A DNA stretch of 64,000 bases from an uncultured Acidobacteriota bacterium. GTDB taxonomy: Bacteria; Acidobacteriota; UBA6911. The stretch lies in the NCBI GenBank assembly GCA_963809485.1, contig CAWEJX010000020.1, positions 800,001 to 864,000 on the forward strand, in the 5' to 3' direction. The notes under the pieces are model-generated. The model did not search any database. It had not been told where the DNA came from and saw only the letters and a list, made by a program, of their open reading frames with translations. Of the stretch, positions 1-9,394 are shown in pieces (the stretch's first letter is position 1; every line of letters starts with the position of its first letter). The position numbers were made by a program, and so were the translations under genes.

Positions 1-970
1 CGGGGAAATATTCGGGGTGCCGTTTTGCCCAGTGCTCTTTCGGATCGACTTCGAGAGAGAGAAAGCCGGTTTCATCGAAACAAATATCCGATTCGCTAAA
101 CCCATACTTGCGCATAAGAAAATCAACCTGATACAAGCGATGCTCCCGCATGAAAGCATCCCCCGGGCCGGTTTGCATCTGCCGCCCGCGATCGACGGAG
201 GCGGCGCCGAGGCCTTTCTGGTAGGCGCTGAAATATATTCTATTGAGGTTCAGACGATCGTAGAGCCCCCACATATATTTGACGATTTCTGAATCGGTCT
301 CTTCCGCGGCGCCGACAACAAACTGGGTGGTCTGTTTGACGTGCGCGTATCTGCTGCCCCGGGCAGTTAGGCGGCTGATCAGCTTGATGGGTCCGACAAT
401 ATCTTCGATGAAATTTTTCCTGCTCGACAGCCTGGCCAGGTGTTTTGCCCCGGGTGTTTCAATGTTCAGCGACACAGCGGTCGAGAGCGAAACCGCCTCC
501 TCGATCGCATTGGCGCTGGCGCCGGGGATGATCTTTAAATGGATATAGCCGCGGAAATCGCGCCGGTACCGGAGAATCCGTGCGATGCGGTTTAGCCGTT
601 CCATCGTTGCGTCCGGTGTTCCGACGACGCCCGAGGTAAGGAAAAGGCCGAAAACCTCGCGGCGGTTGAAATAGTCGAGAAAAGTGTTAACGGTCTCCTC
701 CTCGCTGAGCGTGCACCGGCGGAAGTCCTGGTCCGCCCTCAAAGGGCAGTATCTGCAGTCGTTGGAGCAGACATTGGAGATCAGGGTCTTGAATAGGACG
801 CTGCTGCCCCCGCTGGGCAGCGTTACCGGATAGATCCATTTTTCCTGGGCACCGCGTGTCCGGTGCTCGTTTTCCCTTGTGCCGCAAGCGCAGGCCAGGT
901 CGTATTGAGCGTCAGCGCTCAGGATCTCAAGTTTTTGCTGGGTGTCAGGCACACGGATTACGGCAGTCAT
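1..970 (-). CDS. Putative DNA modification/repair radical SAM protein (TIGR03916-like), 3'-truncated by the window edge
   Basis: Not in the ORF track because there is no stop in the window. Manual translation from ATG 970 (GGAAGGGG upstream): MTAVIRVPDTQQKLEILSADAQYDLAC...CSNDCRYC (CxxxCxxC)...YIHLKIIPGAS...QTTQFVVGA...REHRLYQVDFLMRKYGF...DPKEHWAKRHPEYFP. Confidence 0.88.
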   Translation of the reverse strand, partial: MTAVIRVPDTQQKLEILSADAQYDLACACGTRENEHRTRGAQEKWIYPVTLPSGGSSVLFKTLISNVCSNDCRYCPLRADQDFRRCTLSEEETVNTFLDYFNRREVFGLFLTSGVVGTPDATMERLNRIARILRYRRDFRGYIHLKIIPGASANAIEEAVSLSTAVSLNIETPGAKHLARLSSRKNFIEDIVGPIKLISRLTARGSRYAHVKQTTQFVVGAAEETDSEIVKYMWGLYDRLNLNRIYFSAYQKGLGAASVDRGRQMQTGPGDAFMREHRLYQVDFLMRKYGFSESDICFDETGFLSLEVDPKEHWAKRHPEYFP

Positions 971-1326
971 CCATCCCCTTCCATGATTTACTGATATATA
1001 CAATGTTTATTCGTCAGGAGGAAACCCTTTTCGTGATTCCGAGCGTCACAGAAAGCGAAAAGAAGGGCCCAACGCCGCTGCCGGCGGGCAGCGACATCAT
1101 CGGTTAAGGACCTCCATTCACAGGCCGCGCCTGGCGCCCGGGGTATGTAGCCTGAACCGAAATGGCATCCTTCGCCGCCGCAGCAGGAATCCCGCACAAT
1201 ATGATCGGACTAGTGTCTAGCATTTGTGGCCTTGTTATTGTTAAATAGCATTGCGTATGGGCCGTAATTTCGGTTTTGGGAGAGGCAATAGAAACACATA
1301 GGGAACAATTGACGGGGGTTCGCGAA

Positions 1327-1746
1327 ATGGCTGAAACGAAATACGGGAAATACATCGTCACGGATTTAAACAAGGTGCCGGATGCGCTGGGTACCCGCGT
1401 GTACTGCCTGCACGGCGGCGTATTTGAGGGCGCTCCCTATGTGGACTGCGCCTGGTTCTGGCCGCAATCTCGCGAAGTGGTGGTGGTGGACAAGGGGCAT
1501 TCCCATGATTTCGGGGAAGTGGTGACCTTTTTCGGCTCCAACCCTGAGGATCCCACAGACCTTGGCGGTGAGATCGAGTTCTGGCTGGAAGACGAGCCGC
1601 ACACGATAACCAGAAGCTGCGTCATCTTCGTTCCCAAGGGCATCAAACACTGTCCGCTGATTTTGAAGAAGGTGAACCGGCCGATTTTTCATTTCGCCAC
1701 GGCTACCGACAAGAATTACCGGGGGCCGCAGGAAATGGAACAATAG
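1327..1746 (+). CDS. Cupin-like putative metal-binding protein, single domain
   Basis: HSHDFGE...LGGEIEFWL...FVPKGIKHCPL cupin-type motifs; ATG 1327 preferred over TTG 1276. Confidence 0.7.
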   Translation: MAETKYGKYIVTDLNKVPDALGTRVYCLHGGVFEGAPYVDCAWFWPQSREVVVVDKGHSHDFGEVVTFFGSNPEDPTDLGGEIEFWLEDEPHTITRSCVIFVPKGIKHCPLILKKVNRPIFHFATATDKNYRGPQEMEQ

Positions 1747-1897
1747 GTCGCCTGCCGGCGATGCAGGGCGAAGAGGCCGCCGGAACGACGCCGGCCTAGC
1801 CGTCGGAGCCCTGCCGCCCGGCGCATCCGGCAGTTATAGGAAATAGCATCCGTGGCATGCCGGATGGCGGGATGACGGGCAATCGCCCGGCCGGACC

Positions 1898-2413
1898 ATG
1901 TCCCTCGAGATTGACTCCATGCGATATCTGAAGGATCTGCTTTTTACGGAAACGCACCTGATCCGGGGCCATGCAAACACGGGCGACCGCAGGCTCTCGA
2001 CCTTTCTGAACATGACCCGCAAATATTTCCTGGAAATGGAGGAAGCGACCCTCATCCGGCATGACGGAGGCGGCACCCTCCAGGCCGGGTGGATGCTGGT
2101 GCGATTGGACGACATCCTTCTTGCTCACGAAATGGAGGTAACGGGCGACGAAGGATTGAGACTTCTCGGAAAAAATGCGGGCAGCGAAATCGACATCACC
2201 GCCCATTTCAACGGGCGGCTCCCGCTCCAGCTTTCGGGAAAGGTGCGCAAGCGGGCCATCGATTCAGATGCGGTGCGAGGCCACAATTTTTTTGTGGTGG
2301 TAGATCCTGTGCTCCGGGGATTCACGGCCAATCCGTCCCGCGAATATGCCATTTTCAATAAACTGCCCTACCTGATCGCAAACCGGAACCGCATTGCATT
2401 CATCCTCGGGTAG
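1898..2413 (+). CDS. Hypothetical protein with two tandem DUF6812-like beta-rich repeats
   Basis: 171 aa ORF; RLSTFLN..FLEM..MLVRLDDILL echoed by FFVVVDP..YLIANRNRIAFI; family assignment from memory. Confidence 0.5.
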   Translation: MSLEIDSMRYLKDLLFTETHLIRGHANTGDRRLSTFLNMTRKYFLEMEEATLIRHDGGGTLQAGWMLVRLDDILLAHEMEVTGDEGLRLLGKNAGSEIDITAHFNGRLPLQLSGKVRKRAIDSDAVRGHNFFVVVDPVLRGFTANPSREYAIFNKLPYLIANRNRIAFILG

Positions 2414-2452
2414 TTCATCAGCCTGTCCGCTCCGCTGAATATGTTGCCGGGG

Positions 2453-2680
2453 AGTCAGGCACCTCCGGCAAAGCCCGAGGCTTGAAAGATTTGAACCGCT
2501 CAAAGCGATTGGAGGAGTTACGCCGGTCTTGAACGCTGACTTACGCGGGCAAAAGCCGATGAGGCGCTTCCGATCCCCGCAGGGGCCAGCGCTTTTATCA
2601 GCATTTCTCAGCGTTTCAAAATGCGGAGCTGTCAAACTCTTTGAGTCCCCCGGCAGAGCCGGGGTTTACCAATGTAATTA
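2453..2680 (-). mobile_element. Non-autonomous IS200/IS605-like element, copy 1 (internally deleted)
   Basis: Terminal hairpins cctccggcaaagcccgagg and cccccggcagagccgggg; shares sequence with copies at 6438, 10496, 19856, 29072 and 55376. Confidence 0.75.
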
Positions 2681-4066
2681 CGGCTTGCCGTAAGCAGTTT
2701 TGAAATCTTTGCCCAGCCAGCCTTTGGCAAGAATCAGTAGAATCGTCGAGAGGATGGCGATGCAGCCGTAAATGAACCACATCGTCTCGGTGTTGATCGG
2801 GCCCTCCCTGGGGCAATAGCGGGTGAGGAACCAGCCGGAGTAGAGGCTGGTGATCACCTTGGTCAGGAACCAGGGGAACTGCGCCACACCCATATATGCG
2901 CCCGTCCGTCCTTCGGGGGCGATCTCGGCGGCATACTGCAGGAAGCGCGGCTGCCACATCGCTTCACCCAGGGTCGACAGGACCAGGAAACCCAGCAAGG
3001 CCCAGAAAGTCGGGCCGATGGCCAGAAGAAAAGTCGGCACGGCCATGACCGCTGTCCCGGCAATCATCATGTTGTACACCTTCCGCTTCTGTGAGATCGC
3101 CGCGACCACAGGCACAAGGACGAATATCAGGATCGGGTTGAAATTGGTCGCCGCCTCGAAGTGGTCGCCGATCCATGTGCCTCGATAGGCCCTCTCGACG
3201 TACATCGGAATAGTCAGCCAGTTGTGCGCAAACAGCGTCTGCACCGGAATGAGGGCAAAAATGAAGAAGGCAAACTTCGGATCGGCAAGAGGGTGATTTT
3301 TGAGCCACTCCATGATTGAGAATCGCTCCCCGGACTTCGCTTCCTCCGCGGCCGTCCTCTCAACAGACCCGCCGGCCTCGGCGCGCGCGCCGGCAATCGC
3401 CTTCTCCACGGTGCTCCTGGAAAGGATTGCGAAAAGCAGGAGAACACCGAGCACTGTGAAGCCTGAATACACCCAGTAGGCGCCGGAGATTCCGATCGTC
3501 TTTCTGATTGGCGTAAAGAATGTCGGTAGCCAGCCGCCGAGGTTCATGAGGGCATACAGCATGGCATATCCCATGCCCGCCGTCTCGGGTCCGGTGAACT
3601 GCCGGACCGCCGCGTACGCCGCAGGCTGATACATGCCGTAACCGAGAATGACCAACAGCAGCGCCATGAGCGAGAAGTAGAAGAGCGGCGACCACAGGGC
3701 GCCGGCCAGCCCGAGGGATGGGCCGGCCGCCAGCACTATGCGTCCTGCGACCATCAGAATCATGGACACGATGAGAGCCTTGCGCACTCCCCATTTGTCG
3801 GCGCGCCCGCCGAAGAAGAACATTGAGAGGGTAATGCCCCAGGTCAGCACGCCGACCATCGGCCCGGCCTGAGTGTCCGACAGCCCGACGTATTCGTTAA
3901 AGTACATCGCCAGGTAGCCGAGCACACCGAAGTAGCAGAATCCCTCGAGCAGGTAGGAGACGTTCACGCCCCACAGAGCGCGGGGCGCGTGCACCACGTC
4001 GATGAAGGGCTGAACGATTTCCCGAAGAGGATGGTTTTTATGTTCCGGCTTATTCGCTTCCGCCAT
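2678..4066 (-). CDS. MFS transporter (peptide/POT-like)
   Basis: About 12 hydrophobic segments; motif A-like GGRADKWGVRK; start ATG 4066 (MAEANK). Confidence 0.85.
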   Translation of the reverse strand: MAEANKPEHKNHPLREIVQPFIDVVHAPRALWGVNVSYLLEGFCYFGVLGYLAMYFNEYVGLSDTQAGPMVGVLTWGITLSMFFFGGRADKWGVRKALIVSMILMVAGRIVLAAGPSLGLAGALWSPLFYFSLMALLLVILGYGMYQPAAYAAVRQFTGPETAGMGYAMLYALMNLGGWLPTFFTPIRKTIGISGAYWVYSGFTVLGVLLLFAILSRSTVEKAIAGARAEAGGSVERTAAEEAKSGERFSIMEWLKNHPLADPKFAFFIFALIPVQTLFAHNWLTIPMYVERAYRGTWIGDHFEAATNFNPILIFVLVPVVAAISQKRKVYNMMIAGTAVMAVPTFLLAIGPTFWALLGFLVLSTLGEAMWQPRFLQYAAEIAPEGRTGAYMGVAQFPWFLTKVITSLYSGWFLTRYCPREGPINTETMWFIYGCIAILSTILLILAKGWLGKDFKTAYGKP

Positions 4067-4205
4067 AAGCCTCGCTGTACCATGGAAACAGGCTGCGTCC
4101 TTCCGTGGCAGCCTGACCCGCAGGCAGCCGGCATCCGGGCCGCGCACATCCCAGATTGTATTGTGTTTTAGGAACCGGCAGGTTCATGGAGCCGCCGCAC
4201 TTGTC

Positions 4206-5036
4206 CTAATCCACCTCGCCCAGGCCCTGCCCCCCATCCACAATAATCTGTTGTCCTGTTATATAAGCTGAACAGGGGGAAGCGAGGAAGAGCGCCAGGC
4301 CGTGCATGTCTGACGGCCAACCGACACGGTGCATAGGGATCGTCCTGGCCACAGCCTTCTGTTCGACCGGATTGAGGGCGTGGCCGTCGCCGATATTTGT
4401 GATGATATAGCCGGGGGCGATCGCGTTGACCGTGATGTTGTACGCAGCAAGCTCCAGCGCGGCGTTCCGCATGAAATTGGCTATCCCCGCTTTGGCCGCC
4501 ATATAAGCAGCTCCGATGGCGGGTTCGATTCGCGTCGCGGCCAGCGAGGTCGTAATGATAATCCGTCCCGATTTCCGGGGTTTCATGTGGCGCACGGCCG
4601 CCCGAACCGTCGCAAAGATACCGTTCATATTCACGTCGATCACCCGGTTCCATCGCACGTCGGTGTAATTCTCGAGAGCGCCCTGAGGGACGCGGGGCCT
4701 TTCCGTTCCTGCCCAGCCGCCTATAAAGCCGACCCCGGGATCGATGCCGGCATTCGCGAACATAACATCCAGCCGTCCATACAGACCGGCTGCTTCGTCG
4801 ACCGCAGCGTCCAGTGCCTTGTGATCGGTGACATCGACGACTTTACCGCGAACATCAAGTCCGGCGTCATGAAGCCGCCGGGTTTCGTTCTCGACTCGCT
4901 GATCGTGGATGTCCAGGATTGTCACCTTTGCCGCATTCGAGGCGAGAGCCTCGGCATAGCCCAGGCCGATCCCGCTAGCCCCGCCGGTAACGATTACGCC
5001 ATATCCCTCGACATTGAAAAGATTCGATATCTTCAC
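4206..5036 (-). CDS. SDR family NAD(P)-dependent oxidoreductase
   Basis: TGGASGIG, ANAG, YMAAK catalytic motif, VNAIAPG, ITGQQIIVDGG. Confidence 0.92.
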   Translation of the reverse strand: MKISNLFNVEGYGVIVTGGASGIGLGYAEALASNAAKVTILDIHDQRVENETRRLHDAGLDVRGKVVDVTDHKALDAAVDEAAGLYGRLDVMFANAGIDPGVGFIGGWAGTERPRVPQGALENYTDVRWNRVIDVNMNGIFATVRAAVRHMKPRKSGRIIITTSLAATRIEPAIGAAYMAAKAGIANFMRNAALELAAYNITVNAIAPGYIITNIGDGHALNPVEQKAVARTIPMHRVGWPSDMHGLALFLASPCSAYITGQQIIVDGGQGLGEVD

Positions 5037-5217
5037 AGTTGCATCCTCCGTCGATAACTGACTTGCCGGGAATTATGAGTATACGGATCGGGCGGCACAA
5101 CGCTTATTTCAGGGATGCTGAAAATGGCGCAATGCGGCGGTTCCGTTTGCAATCCATAGCCCGTCTTTTGCCTCTGAGACCAGCTTCGTGCTTCAGTCGC
5201 TGCCCGGAGCTGCCCGA

Positions 5218-6153
5218 TCAGGCCTTCGCCCCGGAAGCCAGTGGCGGTATCCTGTCCTCGCAAGGCAAACCGGTAGAACAGCGACCGCAGGCCGGTGCGG
5301 GGCCGACCAGTTCCCTGGCCAATCCCAGGCTTTCCACCCTGTTTCCCTGTTCATCGCGCAAATTCTTCAGGCATGCAATATTGTTACGGCCGTCTTTGCT
5401 TATTGCCGAACCGGTGCAGTGATCGATGCAGGCGCCGCACGATCCATCCTGGAAAAACGGGCAGTTGGCGAAGGGACCCGCATAGCGCGGCGTTGGAGTC
5501 AATTCCCTGTCGCATACCACGCTGCTCAGGTAAACCGCACAGCCGCGAGGCGTAATCATAAGGCCATTGAGACCGAAGGTTCCCAAACCGCAGGAATAGG
5601 CGATGTGTCTCTCCGACCAGTTAGCAGCCATCCAGCCTCCGGACATTTCCTTTATCTCGAAAAACCTCGACCGCGTCGGTGCTACGGCATTGCACCTCAA
5701 CACCTCCAGCAGCGAGGCAACATACTGCTCCAGACACTCATAGAGCCTTACGCCTATCCACCGGGAGTGATTGTAGCGCGGAGAACCGCCATAGGGAGAG
5801 GAACGCTCATGGAGACGGACCTCATAGCTAAGCGGCAGGGCCCAGGAAATGACGCCGATCTTGTCGATCTTGCGCGTGGGATTGAACCGCCATCTCTTGC
5901 TTTCAACATACTTTTCCATGATCTCGCGGGGTGTCAGATGGAATTCGCCGATGACGGCTTTCAAGTCCCGGAACACCGCGTCATCCCCGTCGGCAAAAGC
6001 CACGATCGGCTCATCGATTATGGGCAGGTTATCGAAAGCCGTAAGGTGGTTGAGAGGGCTGGCGCGAATATATTCCTTGATGGCATTTTCAATAAACCGG
6101 CAGGGATCAGCCTGAAACAGCCTGGTATCCAATTCTCCGACCTGTTGAGTCAT
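5218..6153 (-). CDS. QueG/reductive-dehalogenase-like double 4Fe-4S protein (epoxyqueuosine reductase-like family)
   Basis: WSERHIAYSCGLGTFGLNG; CxxCxxxC motif (CGACIDHC) and CGRCSTGLPC. Confidence 0.75.
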   Translation of the reverse strand: MTQQVGELDTRLFQADPCRFIENAIKEYIRASPLNHLTAFDNLPIIDEPIVAFADGDDAVFRDLKAVIGEFHLTPREIMEKYVESKRWRFNPTRKIDKIGVISWALPLSYEVRLHERSSPYGGSPRYNHSRWIGVRLYECLEQYVASLLEVLRCNAVAPTRSRFFEIKEMSGGWMAANWSERHIAYSCGLGTFGLNGLMITPRGCAVYLSSVVCDRELTPTPRYAGPFANCPFFQDGSCGACIDHCTGSAISKDGRNNIACLKNLRDEQGNRVESLGLARELVGPAPACGRCSTGLPCEDRIPPLASGAKA

Positions 6154-6437
6154 GTGTTCACCTCATTGCTGATTTTGCACAGTCTATCACCGGCATGAAC
6201 CAGCTTCACCTAACTTTTCCATTTTGCCTTCCCGGGTACTTGGCATTTGAAGAAATTCCGCTTGCCTTTCAGAAAGGAATGGCGGCGATCCGCCTTTTCC
6301 ACCGCCTGCGGGCGGACGTAATATGATGTTTACATTCCTATTGCGTGTGTTCTAGGCTTGCGGCATCAATCGGTGCAATCGCCCGGCCGTGCAGCATGGA
6401 ACAACCTGCATCCGGGAAGCTGGATTTTCTGTTCCGG

Positions 6438-6828
6438 AGTCAGGTGCCTCGGGCAAAGCCGGAGGCTTGAAAGATTTGAACCGCTTCAAGCGGTTGGACT
6501 AGTTACGCCGGCTTTGAACGCTGACTTACGCGGGCAAAAGCCGATGAGGCGCTTCCGATCCCCGCAGGGGCCAGCGCTCCGCGCTGGACAGTTTTCTGCG
6601 GCGGCACTGTGGCAAGCGCCGTGCGGCAAGGAGATGAAGGGTATGAGAAACCGGGCGTTTGCCACAGTGCCGCCGCAGAAAACTCCATCGGAAGCGCCTC
6701 ATCGGCTTTTGCTCGCCGACCCCTCGCCGAACAAATCGGCGTTTGTCAGCGCTTTTATCAGCGTTTCTCAGCGTTTCAAAATACGGAACTGTCAAACTCT
6801 TTGAGTGCCCCGGCAAAACCGGGGTTTT
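6438..6828 (-). mobile_element. Non-autonomous IS200/IS605-like element, copy 2 (near full length, with nested palindromes)
   Basis: Nearly identical to 29072-29474 over about 390 bp. Confidence 0.8.
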
Positions 6829-6859
6829 GCTTCAACAAAATTCAAAAGGATGGGCAAAG

Positions 6860-7783
6860 ATGGCAAAGACAAAATTCGGGCACTGGATAAAAACCATCCC
6901 TCCCTTCAAGGATTACGGACAAGGTAATTACAGGCAGGGCACGGAGATGGACAGCAAGTTTTTCGAAAACGATCTCAACGTAAGGCTGGGGACTTACTAT
7001 AACTCCGGAATTCTCCAGCCGTCTCAGACCCAGGTATGTGACTACAATCAAATGATGATATTTATGGGCACAGACACGGATGATCTTGGTTTGCTGGGCG
7101 GTCAGGTCGAATTATGTCTTGGCGAAGATAAGGAGAGGTTTGTCATTACGACCGCAACATCGGTTTCCATCCCGAAGGGATTGCCGCACATGCCGCTTAC
7201 GGTCGGCCCCATGGACCGCCGGTTCATCCAGATGACAGTCTCGATGACATCCAAAGTAAAGGCCAAACCAGCCCTTGAAGACAAGCCGATCGGTCCTTTG
7301 GCCGCGTGGAGGTTTTCAAAATACAGCAAAAATGTCGCGGAACTCGGATTCAAACGCAACGGTCCCTGGCATTACGGACCTAAAAATCCTGATACAAACG
7401 GTGGGTACATAACCGACATCGACGCTGCTGGATTTGAATACAATATGTCCTATGAAAGCATGAAAAAAGCGCCGTACCGGTTCACCCCCGAGCCCGACAA
7501 GCCGCATGTGCATCCCTATACGGAATTCCTGGTATTCCTGGGATGCGACTGCAACGACCTGAACGAATTCCCGGCTGAAGTTGAAATTTGCATGGGCGAG
7601 CAGATGGAAACCCATGTGATTACCAAGCCCACGGTGGCCATACAGCCTAAAGGGCATCCGCACTGCCCGGTCAGAGTGTTGAAGCAGAGCAAGCCCTGGA
7701 TCTTCATGGTGCTCCGGCCATGGGGCATGGGCGGGGACATCTATTCGGGAGGCGAAGCTACAGCAAGAGAGGGTAGACGGTAG
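6860..7783 (+). CDS. Tandem (bi-)cupin-like protein, paralogous domains to 1327-1746
   Basis: Two repeats of F.G....D....LGG/PAEVE.C.GE..E...IT..T.V.IPKG.PH.P; ATG 6860 (the longer ORF-track N-terminus lies in the repeat element). Confidence 0.72.
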   Translation: MAKTKFGHWIKTIPPFKDYGQGNYRQGTEMDSKFFENDLNVRLGTYYNSGILQPSQTQVCDYNQMMIFMGTDTDDLGLLGGQVELCLGEDKERFVITTATSVSIPKGLPHMPLTVGPMDRRFIQMTVSMTSKVKAKPALEDKPIGPLAAWRFSKYSKNVAELGFKRNGPWHYGPKNPDTNGGYITDIDAAGFEYNMSYESMKKAPYRFTPEPDKPHVHPYTEFLVFLGCDCNDLNEFPAEVEICMGEQMETHVITKPTVAIQPKGHPHCPVRVLKQSKPWIFMVLRPWGMGGDIYSGGEATAREGRR

Positions 7784-7877
7784 AGCCCGTCAGGAGTCTG
7801 CCGGAAAAATTTTCTTATCTGAGAAGGCAGGGAAAGGGCGCTGCAAAACGCGGCCTGGGTCCGCCCGGAAAGCAGTT

Positions 7878-8144
7878 TTGAGATACCGGATCAGCGAAAA
7901 ATGCATTCAATGTTTTGCCTGCATCAGGAACCGGGTGTGCCCGGAACAGGCGATCCTCGAAAGGGACTCCATTTACGCCATCGACCACGAAAAATGCTCG
8001 GACTGCGGCACCTGCTATTTAAACCAGCGATTTTTCTGCCCGGTCCGGGCGTTTGTCGACGATGAAGCCGTTGCTTCTTCGAAGCCTGTGCAGCGCCGCC
8101 CTTTGAAATCCAGGGGGATCCGCCGGCGCAAAAAGAATAAATAA
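7878..8144 (+). CDS. Small 2x[4Fe-4S] ferredoxin-like protein
   Basis: CIQCFAC..(V)CP and CSDCGTC...CP motifs; basic C-terminal tail. Confidence 0.75.
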   Translation: MRYRISEKCIQCFACIRNRVCPEQAILERDSIYAIDHEKCSDCGTCYLNQRFFCPVRAFVDDEAVASSKPVQRRPLKSRGIRRRKKNK

Positions 8145-8235
8145 AGACACATGCGGGCAAGCGCTTGCTGAAAAATGATGGCCCCGCAAAACGCAGGAAT
8201 GATCTCCGCCTGAGATTCCAATCCTGCAGATACCT

Positions 8236-8874
8236 ATGAGAAAGCCGAATGCACATCCGTCCAAAAAGAGATTGCTTGCGCTGGACGCCATGGGCGTAAT
8301 TTACGCCGAGGCGGATGACGGGCAGAATCTGCTTTATCCCTTCATCGTCGAAAACGGCGGATGCAGCGATGTCCAGGAAATCATCAGGCTGTATCACGCC
8401 GCCAGCATGGGATGGATATCCGCTGCCGAATTCTGGAAATCGGCCGGTATCGATCCGGCGCTGGAGGACGAATACCTTTTGAAGCACAGGCTTTCAGAAG
8501 GCCTGGAGGAATTCCTTGAGGAGTCCCGTTCACACGAAATCGAGCTATGGTGCCTGTCGAATGATGTTTCAGAATGGTCGCGAAAGCTGCGCGAGAGGTT
8601 CAGGCTGGACCGGTACTTCCGCGGCTTCATCATCAGCGGTGATACCGGCACACGCAAACCGGACCCCGCAATTTACCGCTACCTTCTCGACAAGGCCGGA
8701 TACGAAGCCTCGGACACCGTATTTGTAGACGACCGGCTGAGAAATATCGATGCAGCCTATGCACTTGGAATCGCGGGAATTCTATTCAATCCTTCTCCCC
8801 AGGACTCGCAGGGGCACTCTCACGTCATCGTGAGATCCTTCCCCGAGCTTTCCAACGCTCTGTTCTATCGATAA
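8236..8874 (+). CDS. HAD-superfamily hydrolase (IA)
   Basis: LDAMGV, LSND, RKPDP, FVDDR motifs. Confidence 0.88.
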   Translation: MRKPNAHPSKKRLLALDAMGVIYAEADDGQNLLYPFIVENGGCSDVQEIIRLYHAASMGWISAAEFWKSAGIDPALEDEYLLKHRLSEGLEEFLEESRSHEIELWCLSNDVSEWSRKLRERFRLDRYFRGFIISGDTGTRKPDPAIYRYLLDKAGYEASDTVFVDDRLRNIDAAYALGIAGILFNPSPQDSQGHSHVIVRSFPELSNALFYR

Positions 8875-8913
8875 ACTCTCTCACTTTTGCCGCCGGCATA
8901 CGCTTGCGGGCGC

Positions 8914-9037
8914 CGCTGACTTTCGCCTCAGGTATCAGTTCGTCAGCGCTTTGTCAGTGTATGTCCGCGTTAAATGATCCTGGAACTATCAAACTCCGTG
9001 AGTTCCCCAGCAGAACTGGGGACTACCAGTTTATTTA
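8914..9037 (-). repeat. Diverged one-ended copy of the IS200-like element (subfamily B)
   Basis: gtcagcg repeats + aatgatcctgg..tcaaactc..ccccagcagaactgggg-actaccagtttatt; most similar to 49459-49546. Confidence 0.6.
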
Positions 9038-9394
9038 CCGGGTGGCGCCGGTGAGCCTGAGGGAAAGCCAGACCAGCATGACGGTGCCTGCAACGGATGC
9101 CAACAATGACAGGAGTGCGTTCCGCAAGGCAACATCCGGGGGAGCAACCATCCAATGGGCAATTGCACCCGTCATCGACAGGGAGGCGTGCAGTACCGCG
9201 TCAGCGGGGAAAAGCCAGGCTGCCAGGATCGATCCGGCCAGCATGATGGCTGCAAATCGGAGCCATGGAAACGGGAACGGGCGGCGCAAGGAGGCGTCGG
9301 TTTCGACGCGCAACATGACTTCTCTGGCGAATGACGATGAGGGTTCAATCTGCCTGTCGGAAATGAGAATTCTGTCGAAATCATCCGGATTCAT
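9035..9394 (-). CDS. Small membrane protein, probable anti-sigma factor
   Basis: Overlaps the ECF sigma stop; PSSSFAREVM..V motif followed by hydrophobic helices. Confidence 0.65.
   Translation of the reverse strand: MNPDDFDRILISDRQIEPSSSFAREVMLRVETDASLRRPFPFPWLRFAAIMLAGSILAAWLFPADAVLHASLSMTGAIAHWMVAPPDVALRNALLSLLASVAGTVMLVWLSLRLTGATR

Noticed and set aside
989-1005. tactgatatatacaatg upstream of the radical SAM gene as an E. coli-type SOS box
   Set aside because: Does not fit CTGT-N8-ACAG in spacing or sequence
6503-6688. 61-aa ORF MEFSAAALWQ... repeated at 29137-29322, plus other ORFs over the element
   Set aside because: They lie within palindromic repeat DNA, lack an RBS and any HUH/Y1 transposase motif, and are deleted in other copies; their similarity reflects DNA repetition
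6659-6859. Extended N-termini in the ORF track (also 4067-4147, 9964-10179, 55703-56098)
   Set aside because: They run through repeat DNA, promoters or opposite-strand genes; downstream starts fit RBS position and domain boundaries better
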